From assembly GCA_965112735.1 (NCBI GenBank), contig OZ218953.1:1302001-1366000 (forward strand): a stretch of DNA of 64,000 nt, given 5' to 3'. The translations under genes and the position numbers were made by a program. The notes under the pieces were generated by a model. That model ran no database searches, was not told the DNA's origin, and saw nothing but the letters and a program-made list of their open reading frames with translations. Every line of letters starts with the position of its first letter. The first letter of the stretch is position 1. The DNA comes from Phaeosaccion multiseriatum (taxonomy: Eukaryota > Protista > Ochrophyta, other classes). Below, in pieces: positions 1 to 13,600 of this stretch.

Positions 1-247
1 CTGAAGCGCGTGATGATCGTGTCCAGGGCCTGGACCACCTGTTGTGATGGAGGAGCAGGAGCAGCACGTGGTGTGTGTGCGTGTTGGGAATCCACGGACG
101 GCATGGATAGGAAGGATATGATGCGGACGCAAAGTCAAGGGAAGGGTGGATATATGCCAGTTGTTGTTGTTGTTGTTGTTGTTGTCAATGCTATAGCTCT
201 TGTTGTTGTTGCTGGTGGTGTTGTTCTTGTTCTTGTTGTTGTTTTTG

Positions 248-279
<32 letters not shown>

Positions 280-896
280 GGTGGTGGGTGTTGTTGTTGT
301 TGTTGCTCGCTGTTGTTGTTGTTGCTGCTGCTGCTGTCGTTGATTGCCAAATACACACTCTCTTCTCTACACTTACTCACTCGCTCGCCTCTCCAGGGTC
401 AAAACATCACGTGCACACGCACACGTACGTACCATGTCGTTGCCAATCTCATGCATGATCTGAAAGTAAGCATTGAGGATGGCCTCGAGATGGGGCAGCA
501 ACGCTCCCTCCGCTCCGTCCACAATAAGCAGCGACTGAATGGCACTGGCGGCTTTGATCTTCACTGGGAGAGCGGGGTCGCCCAGGGCCTTGGGGGGAGG
601 GGGGGGGGGGTGGCAGTGGATGGGGAGGGGTAGGAGGGGATGGCAGTGGATGGGAAGGATCGTCAAGACAGGTGTGATGACAGTGGATGGTGGGGTCAGG
701 GAGGGAGGAAAAGGCACAGATGCAGACACACACACAAAGGACACGCACACACGCACACACACACACACATGCACGCACACACGCGTACACACACACGGGC
801 GCGCACACACACACACATACACATACACACACACACGCACACACACACACATGCACGCACACACGCGTACACACACACACGGGCGCGCACACACAC

Positions 897-932
<36 letters not shown>

Positions 933-1989
933 CTGCAGACAGGCGTGCAGCAGCCTTAGCATATTCTCGGGATTGGAGAAGCGCACAGTGGAGAAGTTGG
1001 TCATCATCCAGCACGCTCTGTTGGGGGGGGGGGGGGGGGGTACAGAGGCGAGGGACGGAGGGGAGAGACAGGCAAGCACAAAATGTTGTGGAAGAGAAGA
1101 CGAGGATGCGGGTAGAGTGTGATTAGAAACCCGAAAGAAGAACCGCTCGTCCCTTCCAAACCGCATGTAAATGGATGGGTCGTGAAGGCACCCACCCATC
1201 CCCCCCCCCCGCCCACCCACCTGCTTCGCATAAAGCCGAAGGGGGAGTCGAACTCGGGCAAGACGTGCTCCACGAGAAGGCCCTCTAGAGAGGCTGCGTA
1301 CCCCGGGCCGGTCTTCTTCCCGGGGGGGCGCCTCAGTAGGTCCGAAAGGGTTCCTAGGGCCACTAGGGCTCCGTCCTTCCTCCGACATTCCTCCAAGGTA
1401 GGCATGAGTGTACGACCCAAGTGGGGAGGTCGGTGGTAGCCGGGGAAGGCCTGCAGCAGCACAGGGAGCACAAGCGACGTTGAGCAAGGAAGAGATAAAA
1501 GGAATCAGGAGGGAGGGAAGGAAGGAAGGAAGGAGGGAAGGAAGGAAGGAAGGAAGGAAGGGAGGGAGGAAGGAAGGAAGGAATGAAGGAAGGAAGGAAG
1601 GAAGGAAGGAAGGAAGGAAGGAAAGAAGAAAGGAAGGAAGGAAAGAAGGAAGGAAGGAAGGAAGGAAGGAAGGAAGGAAGGAAGGGAGGGAGGGAGGGAG
1701 GGAGGGAGGGCGGGAGGGAGGGAGGGATGAAGGAAGGGAGGGATGAAGGAAGAGAGAAAGGAAGGAGGGGAGAAAGGAAGGAGGGGGGGGGAGGGGGGAA
1801 GGGGGGAAAGGAACATGCCACAACACGTACAGGCACCATTAATATCCACAACACGTACAGCCACCATTAATATCGTCGCACGTCACACTGGACAATGATA
1901 TACATGTACTGTAACGTAAGCTCTACGCTCTACTTGACAAGCTCAAACACACACAAAAAAAAATGCGCACACACACGCACAAACGCGCG

Positions 1990-2060
<71 letters not shown>

Positions 2061-5000
2061 CTCCTCACCCACCTGCAGCACTTGTGTGAGGAAGGTGAGG
2101 AGGGCAGGGAGGGCTCCAGCGCTGTGCTCTGCAAGCGTGGTCATGACCTCAGTTGCAGGCATACGGGCAGAGGTAAAGTCCTCCATGGGGTCGATTGCCT
2201 TATGGATGAACTCGTGCGGATCAGAGTCGAACATCTGTTGGTGTGAAGAGGAGAGGAGGAGAGAGGGAGGGGAGTTCGAGCGGCGTCAGCTTCGAACAGC
2301 CCCCCAAAGCCCCACACTTCGCAGCGGACACAGCCCGCCGCCTCGCCTAAGGGCCTTTGCTTCCTCCCTCCCCTCCCCTCCCCTCCCCTCCCCTCCCCTC
2401 CCCTCCCTCACCCACCCACGCACCGAGACGTCATCTTCGGACAGACACAGAAGCGGAAACACAACTTGGATGAGCAGGAAGGGCACATGAGGCAGCAGCA
2501 GCCTGTGCGTCACGGCAAGGTCAATGGCGGCCCCCACAAAGACCAGGCAGGAGTGGACCACACGCTCCGGGCAGTAACGCCAAGAGGGCCGCAGTGCAAG
2601 AAGGTTCATCACCTAATCAATCGTATGTGTGTGTGTGTCAGAGAGAGAGAGGGATATGGGTAGGGATATGGAGGGGGATGGCAGTGGATGGGTAGGATGG
2701 GGAGGGGAGAGGAGGAGAGAGGAGAGAGGAGAGGAGACGAGAGGAGAGGAGAGGAGAGGAGAGGGAATATGAGGAGCGGGGAGGAGAGGAGAGGAGAGGG
2801 AATATGAGAGAGAAGAGAGGAGAGGAGAGGAGAGGAGGGGAGGGGAGAAGAGGGGAGAGTAGAAGAGGAGAGGAGAGGAGAGGAGAGGAGAGGAGAGAAG
2901 AGAAGAAAGGACGTGACAGGACAAGGAGAAGACAGGGCACGACAAGCGAGGAGGAGGACAGGAGAGACAAGTTTGTTGGGGGCTGAGATGTGGCCTTATT
3001 CCTTCACCACTTTCCTTCGCTCCCCTCCCTCCGTCCCCCCATCCCCCCATCCCTCCCCCAAATCCCTCCTTCCCTCCCTCCATCCCTGTTCCCTCCCTTC
3101 CCTCCCTCCCTCTCTCTCCTCCCCTTCCCTCCCCCCCCCCGCTTCCCCTTCCCTCACCTGCTCCAGCAGCGCCGGCGCATATCTCTGACTGAAAGTGTCG
3201 GCAAAGTGCCTATGCGAAGCGTTTCCCGTCTCCACGTAGTGCGGGTTTCCGAATCTCTGAAACAGTTTGGCGACGATTTTGCAGCACCACTTGCTCACCT
3301 TCCACTTGACAGCCGTCAGCGGACTTTCCACTCGATTCTCCCCGCCGCCCTCCCCTCCTCTACCCAAGGGCACCAGACCCCCCCCTCCTCCTCCTCCTCC
3401 TCCTCCTCCTCCTCCTCCTGCCCCTCCTCCTCCTCCTGCCCCTCCTCCTGCCCCTGCCGCCGCTGCCGCCGCTGCCGCTGCCCCTGCCTCATCATCCGGA
3501 GGGCAAGCTTTGCACTCGGCCACTTGCTTGTCGAGGACACGCACAGCTAGCGCCATCCACCCGTCCACGTCCAAGCTGCTGGACAAGGTTGGGAGCTGCA
3601 CACATGCACGGGTACACCACAGGAGAAGAGGGGAGGGGCCGCCCAGGACCACACACATTGGCACCACCAATTGGTTCATCAGCAGCTGCTTTGCTATGAT
3701 TGGGGTCAGAGCACTGAAGAGCCATGAAATGCATTACAAGCTAAGCTCCACGCAAGCTTCTCTTCTCACCGCTCGTTACCACAACTAACTTCTTACCGTA
3801 ACTTCTTACCTGGTAGTGCGTACACGTCCAAAACACCTTCAACGCGAGCCTCACGACGTTGGCCGCCTCCTCTGTGTCCTGATCAGCCAGGCTGTTGCAC
3901 AGCTGCAGCAGCAGGGGGAAGGTGGCGTCTATGATTGTGTCGAGCGGGGCTCGCACGTCCTTTGTCTTGTACTCGAACCTGCAGCAGCAACAGCATCATC
4001 ATCATCATCATCATCATCAGAAACAGCAACAAGAAGAGGAGGAAGACAAAGAGGAAGACGAAGAGAAGAGGAAGAGGAAGAGGAAGAAGAGGAGGAGGAA
4101 GAGAATCGGCTTAGTGAGGGGGCGAGTCAGCAGATCAAGGAGCAGAGGAGTGCACTGAGCCTGCCTACTCTACATCTGGCCTCTACGTAAAGTCCAACAT
4201 ACTCACGTGCAAGTGTGGTTTACACACACACACATTATCTATACATATTATATATATATATATTTATATTACAGAGTTTGCATCGCATCTCCAAGGAGGA
4301 GGAAGGGAAGGGAAGGGCTCATTCACTCACTCATTCACTCACTCACTCACTCACTCACTCACTCACTCACCATTTGACGAGCTTGCGCAGGGCGAGCAGC
4401 GCGTTCGCAGTGCGGAGGGGCTCCCCAGTCTGAAGATGATGCACCAAGGTGGGCAGTAGGTCTTCCCAACTGCAAGCAAGGCATTGATTGAGCAAGGGGA
4501 AGGGGGAAAGAGGACAGCAGCGGGGGGGAGGGAAGTTCGGATTTTTACGTAAGGCAGGCCAACCAACGCCAGGAAAGAGGAGGGAAAGAGGAGAGACTGC
4601 TGGACTGACCACACTCTAGTCCCCACACCTACGCTACACAGCAGACCACAGCCCAGAAAGAAAGGAACAGGCGTGAAGAGACAAACTGTTGCTAGGGTAT
4701 CCCCCGTACCTCTTGGGAAAGTCGCGACACAGCTCCCTCACACATTCCCCCAGTTGCTCACGGATGCTATTGTCTTGCTCTCTGTTCAAGAAGCAGAACA
4801 AGGGGGGGTGACCGGGTCAGTGCGAAGCAGCAGTGTGCGATTGGACAGGAGGCAGGGTCTCCATTTTCAAGTGGAAGGTCAGTCTGACATTTCAAGTCTC
4901 CCCTCCCCCCTCTCCTCGCTCTCATAGCTTACCTCATCATGACCTCCAGCAAGAGGCCCCGCACGTGTGCCTTGTCCGCCTCAGGCAAGCTCGCCCACGG

Positions 5001-5336
5001 GTGTGGCGTCTCTTGCGCCGCGTAGAATATACTTTTCCGGACCGTGTTTTTCATGGTGATGGCGGCGGCTTGCCGCACACCTCTGCTCACGGTGGGCTGG
5101 GTGAGCATATGCAGGAGCGAAGGTACGCATGATGTTTGGGTCTGGAGGTCTTTGAGCTGATCCTCCGCAAGCTGGCGCTGGCTCGGGTCGCTGCTGAAGG
5201 TGTTTTCGAGGATGTAATAGAGCTGCTCCGGAGTGAGCTGCTGCGGCTGCTGTTGCTGTTGCTGCTGTTGCTGCTGTTGCAGCAGCAGCTGCTGCTGCTG
5301 CTGCTGCTGTTGTTGTTGTATCTCCCATGTGTTCAT
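1..5336 (-). CDS. IPO7: Importin-7/8-like (SAD2/Nmd5-type) karyopherin-beta; at least 11 exons; 3' end runs off the left edge
   Basis: Approximate exons: 5336-4933, 4781-4710, 4470-4370, 3978-3810, 3595-3138, 2612-2424, 2235-2073, 1450-1221, 1017-933, 589-433, 37-1. The N-terminus has an IBN_N-like segment ([19 protein letters not shown]...[11 protein letters not shown]). Later motifs include [58 protein letters not shown] and MHEIGND. Confidence 0.9.
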
Positions 5337-5961
5337 TGCTGGCGGTGGTTCTCTCCGTGGGCGCTCTCCCTGGATGATGGATCGGAAGGGGATACGGAAG
5401 GTCTAGAGGAGGAGCGATTTAAAGAAAATCGATGCATCCAATTTAAATGTCGACATAATGGATCCCCTCTTGAAACCGTGAAGCTCTCTTCCCTACTTCG
5501 TCAACCTAGCAGTCGGTCCCTCGGGGTTGTGGCTGGCTGGCCGATAGCCATGACAAGTACATCGAATGAAAGGCCCGCCCCGTTGCTTCTTGATTGGGCG
5601 AGACATTCTTGATTGGGTGTCCAATGAAACTGGAACTGAAACTGAAACTGAGAGTCGTAACGGCACGTTGTTGGAGACACAGAGAAAGCGAGAAATCTTG
5701 AAGAAGAACTGAGGGTGCTTTGGTCATGGACGCAACATGAATCACGTCGGGGCCCTAACACGCCAGATACGAAATTATCCTATGTAGGGAGTCCAGCTCC
5801 CCAGCGGAGGCGAGAACAGGAACTGTGATAATGCAATAGACGGGGGAGGAGAGCGGCGAGGCAGCAGGGAGGAGAGGCCGCGGCACCTCAGCCCAGCTTC
5901 TAGCAGCATCACCGAGGAGGAGCCGCAGTAGCAGGCGCCTAGTGTAGCCCGATTGTTCAGT
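5337..5961. promoter_or_regulatory. Probable bidirectional promoter between the importin and CFAP57 genes
   Basis: Head-to-head start codons ~625 bp apart. CCAAT/ATTGG boxes at ~5593, 5612 and 5621, and a GAAACT repeat at 5626-5653. Confidence 0.55.
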
Positions 5962-7096
5962 ATGAGTAACGGATTGTCGCAGCGCAGTGTGTTTGGGGTG
6001 AGCAGCCACATCGCCAACAACATCGCCTTCTGTGACCAGACCACAGTACTCTACAGCGCGGTAAGTAATTGAGCTGGACTTGACCCTTTTCTACCACGCT
6101 TGCTCCCTCACGGGTGCCAAGGGGGGGTGGCATGCGCGAAGCTAACGGATGCGCATGTGACTGGGTGTGCACGCTCTTGATGATCTGCTCTGCCCCCCCC
6201 CCTCCCTTCTTCAGGGCCACAATTTGGTCGTGTACAGTATTCTGGAGAAGAAACAGCGCTTTATCCAGGGCGACGAGAAGGGTGAAGGTGAGGCGAACAA
6301 GCCAACTACTCATCACTACTCTCTTGTCGGTCGTCCATTAGTAGCTGTGTCCCTTCTCTTCTCTCCCGTTGGGTGGTATTTATTTCCCTTCACCCCTCTC
6401 CCCCCTCCAACTTCCCTCTCCCAGGCATCACTGCCATAGCTCTATGTCCGAGCACTCGGTTCGTTGCCATAGCGGAGTGTGCCGACCAACCATTTGTCCT
6501 CATTTATGATGTGCGCACACTCCGGAAGCGCAAGAGCCTGCACTTGGCGGAGAAGACTCAGCAGAGTAGAGAGTACACAAGCATGTGCTTCAGCCACGAC
6601 AGGTACAGAACAAGGAGGAGGAGGAGGAGGAGGAGGAGGAGGAGGAGGAGGAGGAGGAGGAGGAGGAGGAGGAGGAGGAGGAGGAGGAGGAGGAGGAGGA
6701 GGAGGAGGAGGAGGAGGAGGAGGAGGAGGAGGAGGAGGAGGAGGAGAGAGGGGGGGAGGTTGTACAGCGCAGCCAGCTGAAGGTCGTTGGGTGCCATCCC
6801 ATCTGGGCCGAGTGGTGTGTGGGGTTCATGTTGTGCTACATCAGTTGGCCTTGATTGATTGATTGATGCGCCGGCTAGGTGTAGGCAGGCCGATAACGTC
6901 AGCTCTTCGAGCGTGCTGCCCGCATACCCTCCTCCTTGGCTCCCATGCGTTGTCTCATTCCCCACTCCCCGCAATTACCTCTTCACGCTCCCCTCCTCCT
7001 CTGCCTTCCCCCCCCCCCCCACCCACCCACCCACCCACCCACCTCTCTTAACCCTCTCCTCTGTCTCCTTTCTCCCTGCCCACCCCTCTCTCTCTC

Positions 7097-7136
<40 letters not shown>

Positions 7137-10100
7137 TATATCATCAACACCCAACAGTGCCCTCCTCATTACCCAGGGCGGCGCCCCTGACTGGACCTTG
7201 CGGCTCTGGAGCTGGTCCAAAGCCAGACAAGTTGCAACTTTCCAAGGCACACCCGCCCTGCCTGTTCACAGTTTGAGTTTCAGTCCAATAGACGCGAGTC
7301 TGGCCTGCGCCAACGGGACGCAGTTTGTGCAGTTTTTAAGGATTAAGGATGAGAAAATCACCCTTGTGGCCCCTCCGAGACTCAAGGGTCATACATACAC
7401 GACGCACACATGGGTGAGGGAGGGAGGGAGGGAGGGAGGGAGGGAGGGAGGGAGGGAGGGAGGGAGGGAGGGAGGGAGGGAGGGAGGGAGGGAGGGAGGG
7501 AGGGAGGGAAGGAGGGAGGGAGGGAGGGAAGGAGGGAGGGAGGGGGGGAGGGAGGGAGGGAGGGAGGGAGGGAGGGAGGGAAGGGGGGGCACTACGGCCT
7601 TTTTGGCCCTTCATCCTACCTCACCGTGTCCTGCCTTACTCTTCCCCTTTGCCTTCCTTGTGATGCATCCTTTATCACTTACACATTACAATCATCAAAA
7701 TCACAATTGTCAACAGCTGAAGCAGCCGGAGGACCACCTGGTGGTGGGCACGGAGTCGGGAGAGCTGCTGTTGTTTCAGGCGGGCGAGTACACGGCCACT
7801 TTAGAGAGCAGCCAAGGGGAAGGGCAGGGCCTCAAAATCACGGCCCTGCTCAGCTTCAGTCAGGGCTTTGTGGCGGGCTTAGTCGACGGGAACTTTCGGT
7901 AAGTTACGATGGGAGCATATAATTGCATATACATATACAAACACATACGTATATATGTGTTTGTTATATGTGTCTATATATTCTGCAGTGTAGCGTAGGG
8001 TAGTGCACTGTAGTGCAGCGTGGTAGGAGTGACGGGGGCACATGAGCACCCCTTCCCCTTCCCCTTCCCCGCCCTCGCCCTCGCCACCGCCACCACCACC
8101 GCCCCACACGACATCACGCCAAGCGACCACTTCAACCAACTGACCTTCCAACCAACCAACCAACCAACCAACCAACCAACCAACCAACCAACCAACCAAC
8201 TGACCTAAGAACCAACCAAACCAACCAAACCAACCAACCAACCGACCCAACCAATCCATCAGGCTGTACGTGCTTCAGAACAACCCTCCGTCGCCCGCCC
8301 AGCTCCTCACACTGAGCCAAAGCTGGAAGATTGACACTGTCGCCCAAGTCACCAGCCTCGCGCTGTGTCCTTCGGAAGATCGACTCTGCGCCATCACCGC
8401 AGACCGACAGCTCCACTCCGTTTCTATTTCAAGTCAGATCATCAAGGGAGATGACGTGAAACCGTTGCTGGCACCGTTTCACGCCCCAGGCACACCGGGA
8501 GGCTCAGGAGGCACGCCGGGAGGCATCACGGGCCTGGACGCTTGTATTCGCAAGCCGCTTGTGGTGACATGTGGCGTCGATCGCACTGTGCGCATATGGG
8601 ACTACGCGACTTCCACTCTGGAGGTGGGTTGACGGGTGGGTGGGTGGGTAGAAGTGGGTGTGTGGGTGGGTGTGGGTGGGTGAATGCGTGGGTGTGTGCG
8701 TGTGCGTGTGCGTGTGCGTGTGCGTGTACACGGGGGTGAGGGTGGGTGCAGGAGGAGTGGGTACAGCGGGTTGGCGCGCGTGTGTGTGGGTTATGTGCGC
8801 GCTCTCAAGTACCAACTAAAGCTGTGTATCTGTAAACTGAATGACCAACAGGTGTGGAAGACCTTCGCGGAGGAGGCGTACAGCGCGGCGTTCCACCCCT
8901 CGGGGCTGCACGTGGCTGTGGGCTTTGCCGACAAGCTCCGCCTCATGAACATACTCATGGGTAAGAGGGAGGGAGGGAGGGAGGGAGGGAGGAGGGAGGG
9001 AGGGAGGGAGGGAGGGAGGGAGGGAGGGAGGGAGGGAGGGAGGGAGGGAGGGAGGGAGGGAGGGAGGGAGGGAGGGAGGGAGGGAGGGAGGGAGGGAGGG
9101 AGGGAGGGAGGGAGGGAGGGAGGGAGGGAGGGAGGGAGGGAGGGAGGGAGGGAGGGAGGGAGGGGGGAGGGAGGGAGGGAGGGAGGGAGGGAGGGAAGGA
9201 AGAGAGGAAGGAAGGAAGAGAGGAAGGGAGGAAGGAAGGAAAGAAGGAAGGAACGAAGGAAGGAAGGAAGGGAGGAAGGACACTCCATTCTCATCAATCA
9301 CAACACACACCCCACCCCCCTCCACCGCCACCCAACGCACATCACAAGATGACATCCGAACGTTCTTCGAGCTTCCCATCAAGGCCTGCCGGGAGGTCAA
9401 GTTCAGCAACGGAGGGCACATTCTCGCTGCCGTAAACGGCAACGTCATCTCTCTTTACGACTTCCTTACTCGCACCAAACTCGCTGACTTAAGAGGGCAC
9501 AACTCTAAAGTGCGCTACATTTACTGGGGAGAGCACGACTACACGCTCATCAGCTGCGGGCAGGTGTGTGTGCGTGTATGTGCGTGTGTGTGTGTATGTG
9601 TGTGTGTGTGTATGTGCGCGTGTGTGTGTGTGTATGTGCGTGTGTGTGCATGGGAGTGTTTGGGGGGGGGCGGGGTGCGTGTGCGTGTGTGTGTTTGGGT
9701 GGGTGGATGAGGTGCGTGTCGTGTAAGTGTTTGTGCAGGTGTAAGTGCATGGCTATGGTGTCCTTGCCTTGTGGCGCCGCGTTACTCCTGTCCCTGGCGC
9801 CCCTCCCATCTATCCGCCCTCACTCATCTCCTCGGCCTTATATTGTCTACTTTTCGCTGTCCTGTGCCCGCCATTCACGTATTCACTCCGCCCCTGCCTA
9901 CTTCATGTACATACCAAACTCTTTTAAAGTTGATTCCTGTTAAGTCAATACTTCCGCTCCTGCCTACCTCTACCCACTCCCCACCCACCTCTCCCTCCCT
10001 TCCTCCCTCCCTCCCTCCCTCCCTCCCTCCCTCCCTCCCTCCCCCCCCCCTTCCTTCCGTCGTCGCCAACCCACAGGACGGAGCGGTGTATCAATGGGAG

Positions 10101-10623
10101 GTGGACGACTGTAAGCGCACCGGAGAGTTCGTGCAGAAGGGCACCATCTTCACATGCGCTCTCAGCACCGGAGACAGCATCTTCGCTGTGGGCAGTGACC
10201 ATATGCTTAAGGTGGGTGCGTGTGTGCGTGTGTGCGTGGGTGCGTGGGTGCGTGGGTGCGTGTGTGGGTGCGTGGGTGTGCGGATGCGTGTGTGGCATAT
10301 GAGAGAGCTACGTGCGTATGCCCCACGCTCACGTACACCCCCACGCCCCCCCCAAGCGGCCTCCCTCGCTCCTCCCTCCCTTGTGTCTCCCTCCCCTGCC
10401 CCTCCCTCCCTGCCTCCCCCTCTTGCCCGTTCCTCTCTTTACCTCCCTCTTGTCATCATCATCATCATCATCGCCATCATCATCTTCATCATCATCATCA
10501 TCATCGTCATCACCATCACCATCATCATCATCATCATCCATCCATCCATCCATCCATCCATAATCATCATCACTATCATCATCATCACCATCATCATCAC
10601 CATCCATCCATCATCACCATCAC

Positions 10624-10655
<32 letters not shown>

Positions 10656-13600
10656 CCATCGCCACCACCACCATCACCACCATCACCACCATCACCACCA
10701 TCACCACCATCACCACCATCACCACCACCATACCACCACCACCACCATCACCATCACCACCATCCTCCTCACCTTCACGACTGCGCCCCACCCCACAGGA
10801 GCTGGAGATGCCCGATCTGCAGGTGGTGAAGGAGCTTGACTGCGGGGTGGGCCTGGGCCTGCTTGCCGTCGGCAGTGGGGAGCACCTCATGTTCGTCGGC
10901 ACCGCAGAGGTATGGATGGCTGGTGTCAGGACTCTGTCTGACCGATCTAGTTGGTGTCAGGACTATGTCTGACCGATCTAGTTGGTGTCAGGACTTATGT
11001 CTGACCGATCTAGTTGGTATCAGGACTATGTCTGACCGATCTAGTTGGTGTCAGGACTATGTCTGACCGATCTAGTTGGTGTCAGGACTATGTCTGACCG
11101 ATCTAGTTGGTGTCAGGACTATGTCTGACCGATCTAGTTGGTGTCAGGACTATGTCTGACCGATCTAGTTGGTGTCAGGACTATGTCTGACCGATCTAGT
11201 TGGTGTCAGGACCTGGTGGTAGGACGTGGTGTTAGGTGCCATTGTCAGTGATCTCACGTTCTTGCCCCCTCCCCCCCTCCCTCTCCCTCCCCTCCCTCCC
11301 CCCCCCTCCCACACTCCCACCCCTTCCCTCCCTACCCTCCCCTCCCTCCCCTCCCCTCCCTCCCTCCCTCCCTCCCCTCCCCCCTTCCTTCCTCCTTTCC
11401 CGCCCTCCCTCCCTCCCTCCCTCCCCTCCCTCCCCTCCCCTCCCTCCCTTCCTCCCTCTCCAGCCCGGTAAGCCTGCCTCTGTCCGTGCCTACACCTTCC
11501 CTCTGACGGGCGAATTCCTCGAATACCCTTGCATGGGCGCCCCTGTGAGCCGCATGTGCGTGACCAATGACGATCACTTCCTCTTGGTGAGCGATGAGGC
11601 CGGCTGCCTCTTCACCTTTGATGTAAGGGGGAGGCAGGAGAAGGAGAGGTCTGTGACCATGACGAGTACGAATGCCAAGCTCATGACTGGGGAGATGGCA
11701 CCGCTACCCTACAGGTTAGTCATGTGCGGTTTGTGTGCTTTGTGTGTTTGTTTGTTAGTTTGTTTGTTTGTTCGTTTGTGTGATTGTTTTGCCTATTTGT
11801 GTTTGTTCGTTTGTGTGATTGTTTTGCCTATTTGTGTTTGTTTGTTTGTTTGGTTGGTTGGTTCGTTGGTTGATTGGTTGGTTTGTTGGGTGTTTGTTTG
11901 TTTGTGTGTTTGTGTGTTTGTTTGTCTATTTGTCTTTGTTTGTTTGTTTGTGTGCGTGGTTTGGTGTTTGTGTTGTTTGTGTTTTTGTTTGTGTGATTGT
12001 GTATTTTTGTTTCTTTGGTTGTTAGTTGTTAGTGAGCACACCAAAAGAAGGAGGGTTTGGGTTATCAATAGATGTTTTGGTATTCAGATCAAAATGTGAT
12101 TTCTGATCGATAATACATTATATGGCTCCTGTTTGCAGCCCCCCTGTTCCTAACATTGAGGAGGCGCCCCGCCATTGGTTTGGCTCTGTACTGTATCTGA
12201 AAGTGAAACTGAACTGACAACCCTTGCTTCTTCCTTGACTTATGGTGCAGTGAGGAGATTCTCGTGACACGGACTGACCTGGAGGAGAAGAACACGCTTC
12301 GATTGGAGCTCAAGAACAAAGTGGACGAGTTGGCTCTCCACAATGAATACCAGCTGAGACTCAAGGATATGAACTACAGTGAGAGCATCAAGGTAAGTAA
12401 GGGAGGGGAGGGGGAGGGAGAAGGGGGTGGGGGAAGTGGAATGGGGAGGGGAAGGTTAGGGAGGAGTTAGAGAGACATAGAAAACTCGGGGAGAGAGTCA
12501 GAGAGAGAAAGAGAGAAAGAGAGATAGAGAGGAGAGAGAGGAGAGAGAGGAGAGAGAGAGAGACTCAGTGCAAGGGCTGTCTGCTTAACTCCCCCACCTG
12601 CCCACCTACCTATTGACGTGTGTACGTACCCATCCATTGACTTATGTACGCGCCGCAGGAGATGACGGAGAAGTTCACATTGGAGCTCGAGAAAAGCAAG
12701 CACAAGTTCGAGATGGTCAGGCAGGAGAAGAACGATTCAGAGGTGGAGTACGAGGAGAGACTCCGGAACATGGACGAGAAGCAGCAGGTGAGTCAGTCAG
12801 TCAGTCAGTCAGTCAGTCAGTCAGTCAGTCAGTCAGTCAGTCAGTCAGTCAGTCAGTCAGTCAGACAGTCAGACAGTCAGACAGTCAGTCAGACACGTCA
12901 GTGAGTCAGTCAATCAGTCAGTCAGTCAGTCAGTGAGAGGGTAGGGGGGGGTGTTGATGAATGGGTGGGTGGGTGGGTGGTGGTGGGTGTGGATGCGTGG
13001 ATATGCGTGTGTGTGGTTGGACTCTCCTCGCGTGGGATGGGTCCACGGTCTCACTACCCGCCCCCCTCTCATCCACTGCCATTCCATCCCAACCCATCCC
13101 CTCGCCCATCCGCTGCCATCCCCACCCCTCCTCTGTCATCTCATCCCACCTCCTCCTCAGCACGAGCTCCAAGAGCTCGAGGGCGCCTATCAGCAAAAGA
13201 TCGTGGCGGAGGTGGAGCGTTTCCAACAACTTGTGCAGGAGCGCAACATTCAGCAGGAGAGGTGGGACGAGCAGCAGCAGCTCTTGCAGTCCACACACGA
13301 CCGTTACGTGGTGGAGCTGACGGCCGACTTTGAGCAGAAGCTCGAGGAGGATAGGCAGCTCAGGCAACAGCTCATGGAGGAGAAGGTCAGTGTCGATGGT
13401 ACACATCGCTCTTCATCACCGCCATCCCTCCTTATTCCTCTCTTTCCCTCACCCCCAACTCCCTCACCTCCTTCACCACCTCCCTCACCCCCCTCCTCCC
13501 CCTCACCCCCTCCCTCACCCCCGTCCTTCCCCCCTTTACACGTTGGTGATACACCCCCCTCCTCCTCCCACCCCTAGGAGGAGCTCGAGAAGGAGTTCGA

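Noticed and set aside
1819-1874. 28-bp direct duplication in an importin intron (similar short duplications at ~20170-20300 and ~50467-50508)
   Set aside because: Ordinary local slippage duplications with no element hallmarks.
10921-11212. CRISPR-like array (31-bp repeat with a hairpin)
   Set aside because: Units are contiguous with no unique spacers, lie in a eukaryotic intron, and there are no cas genes.
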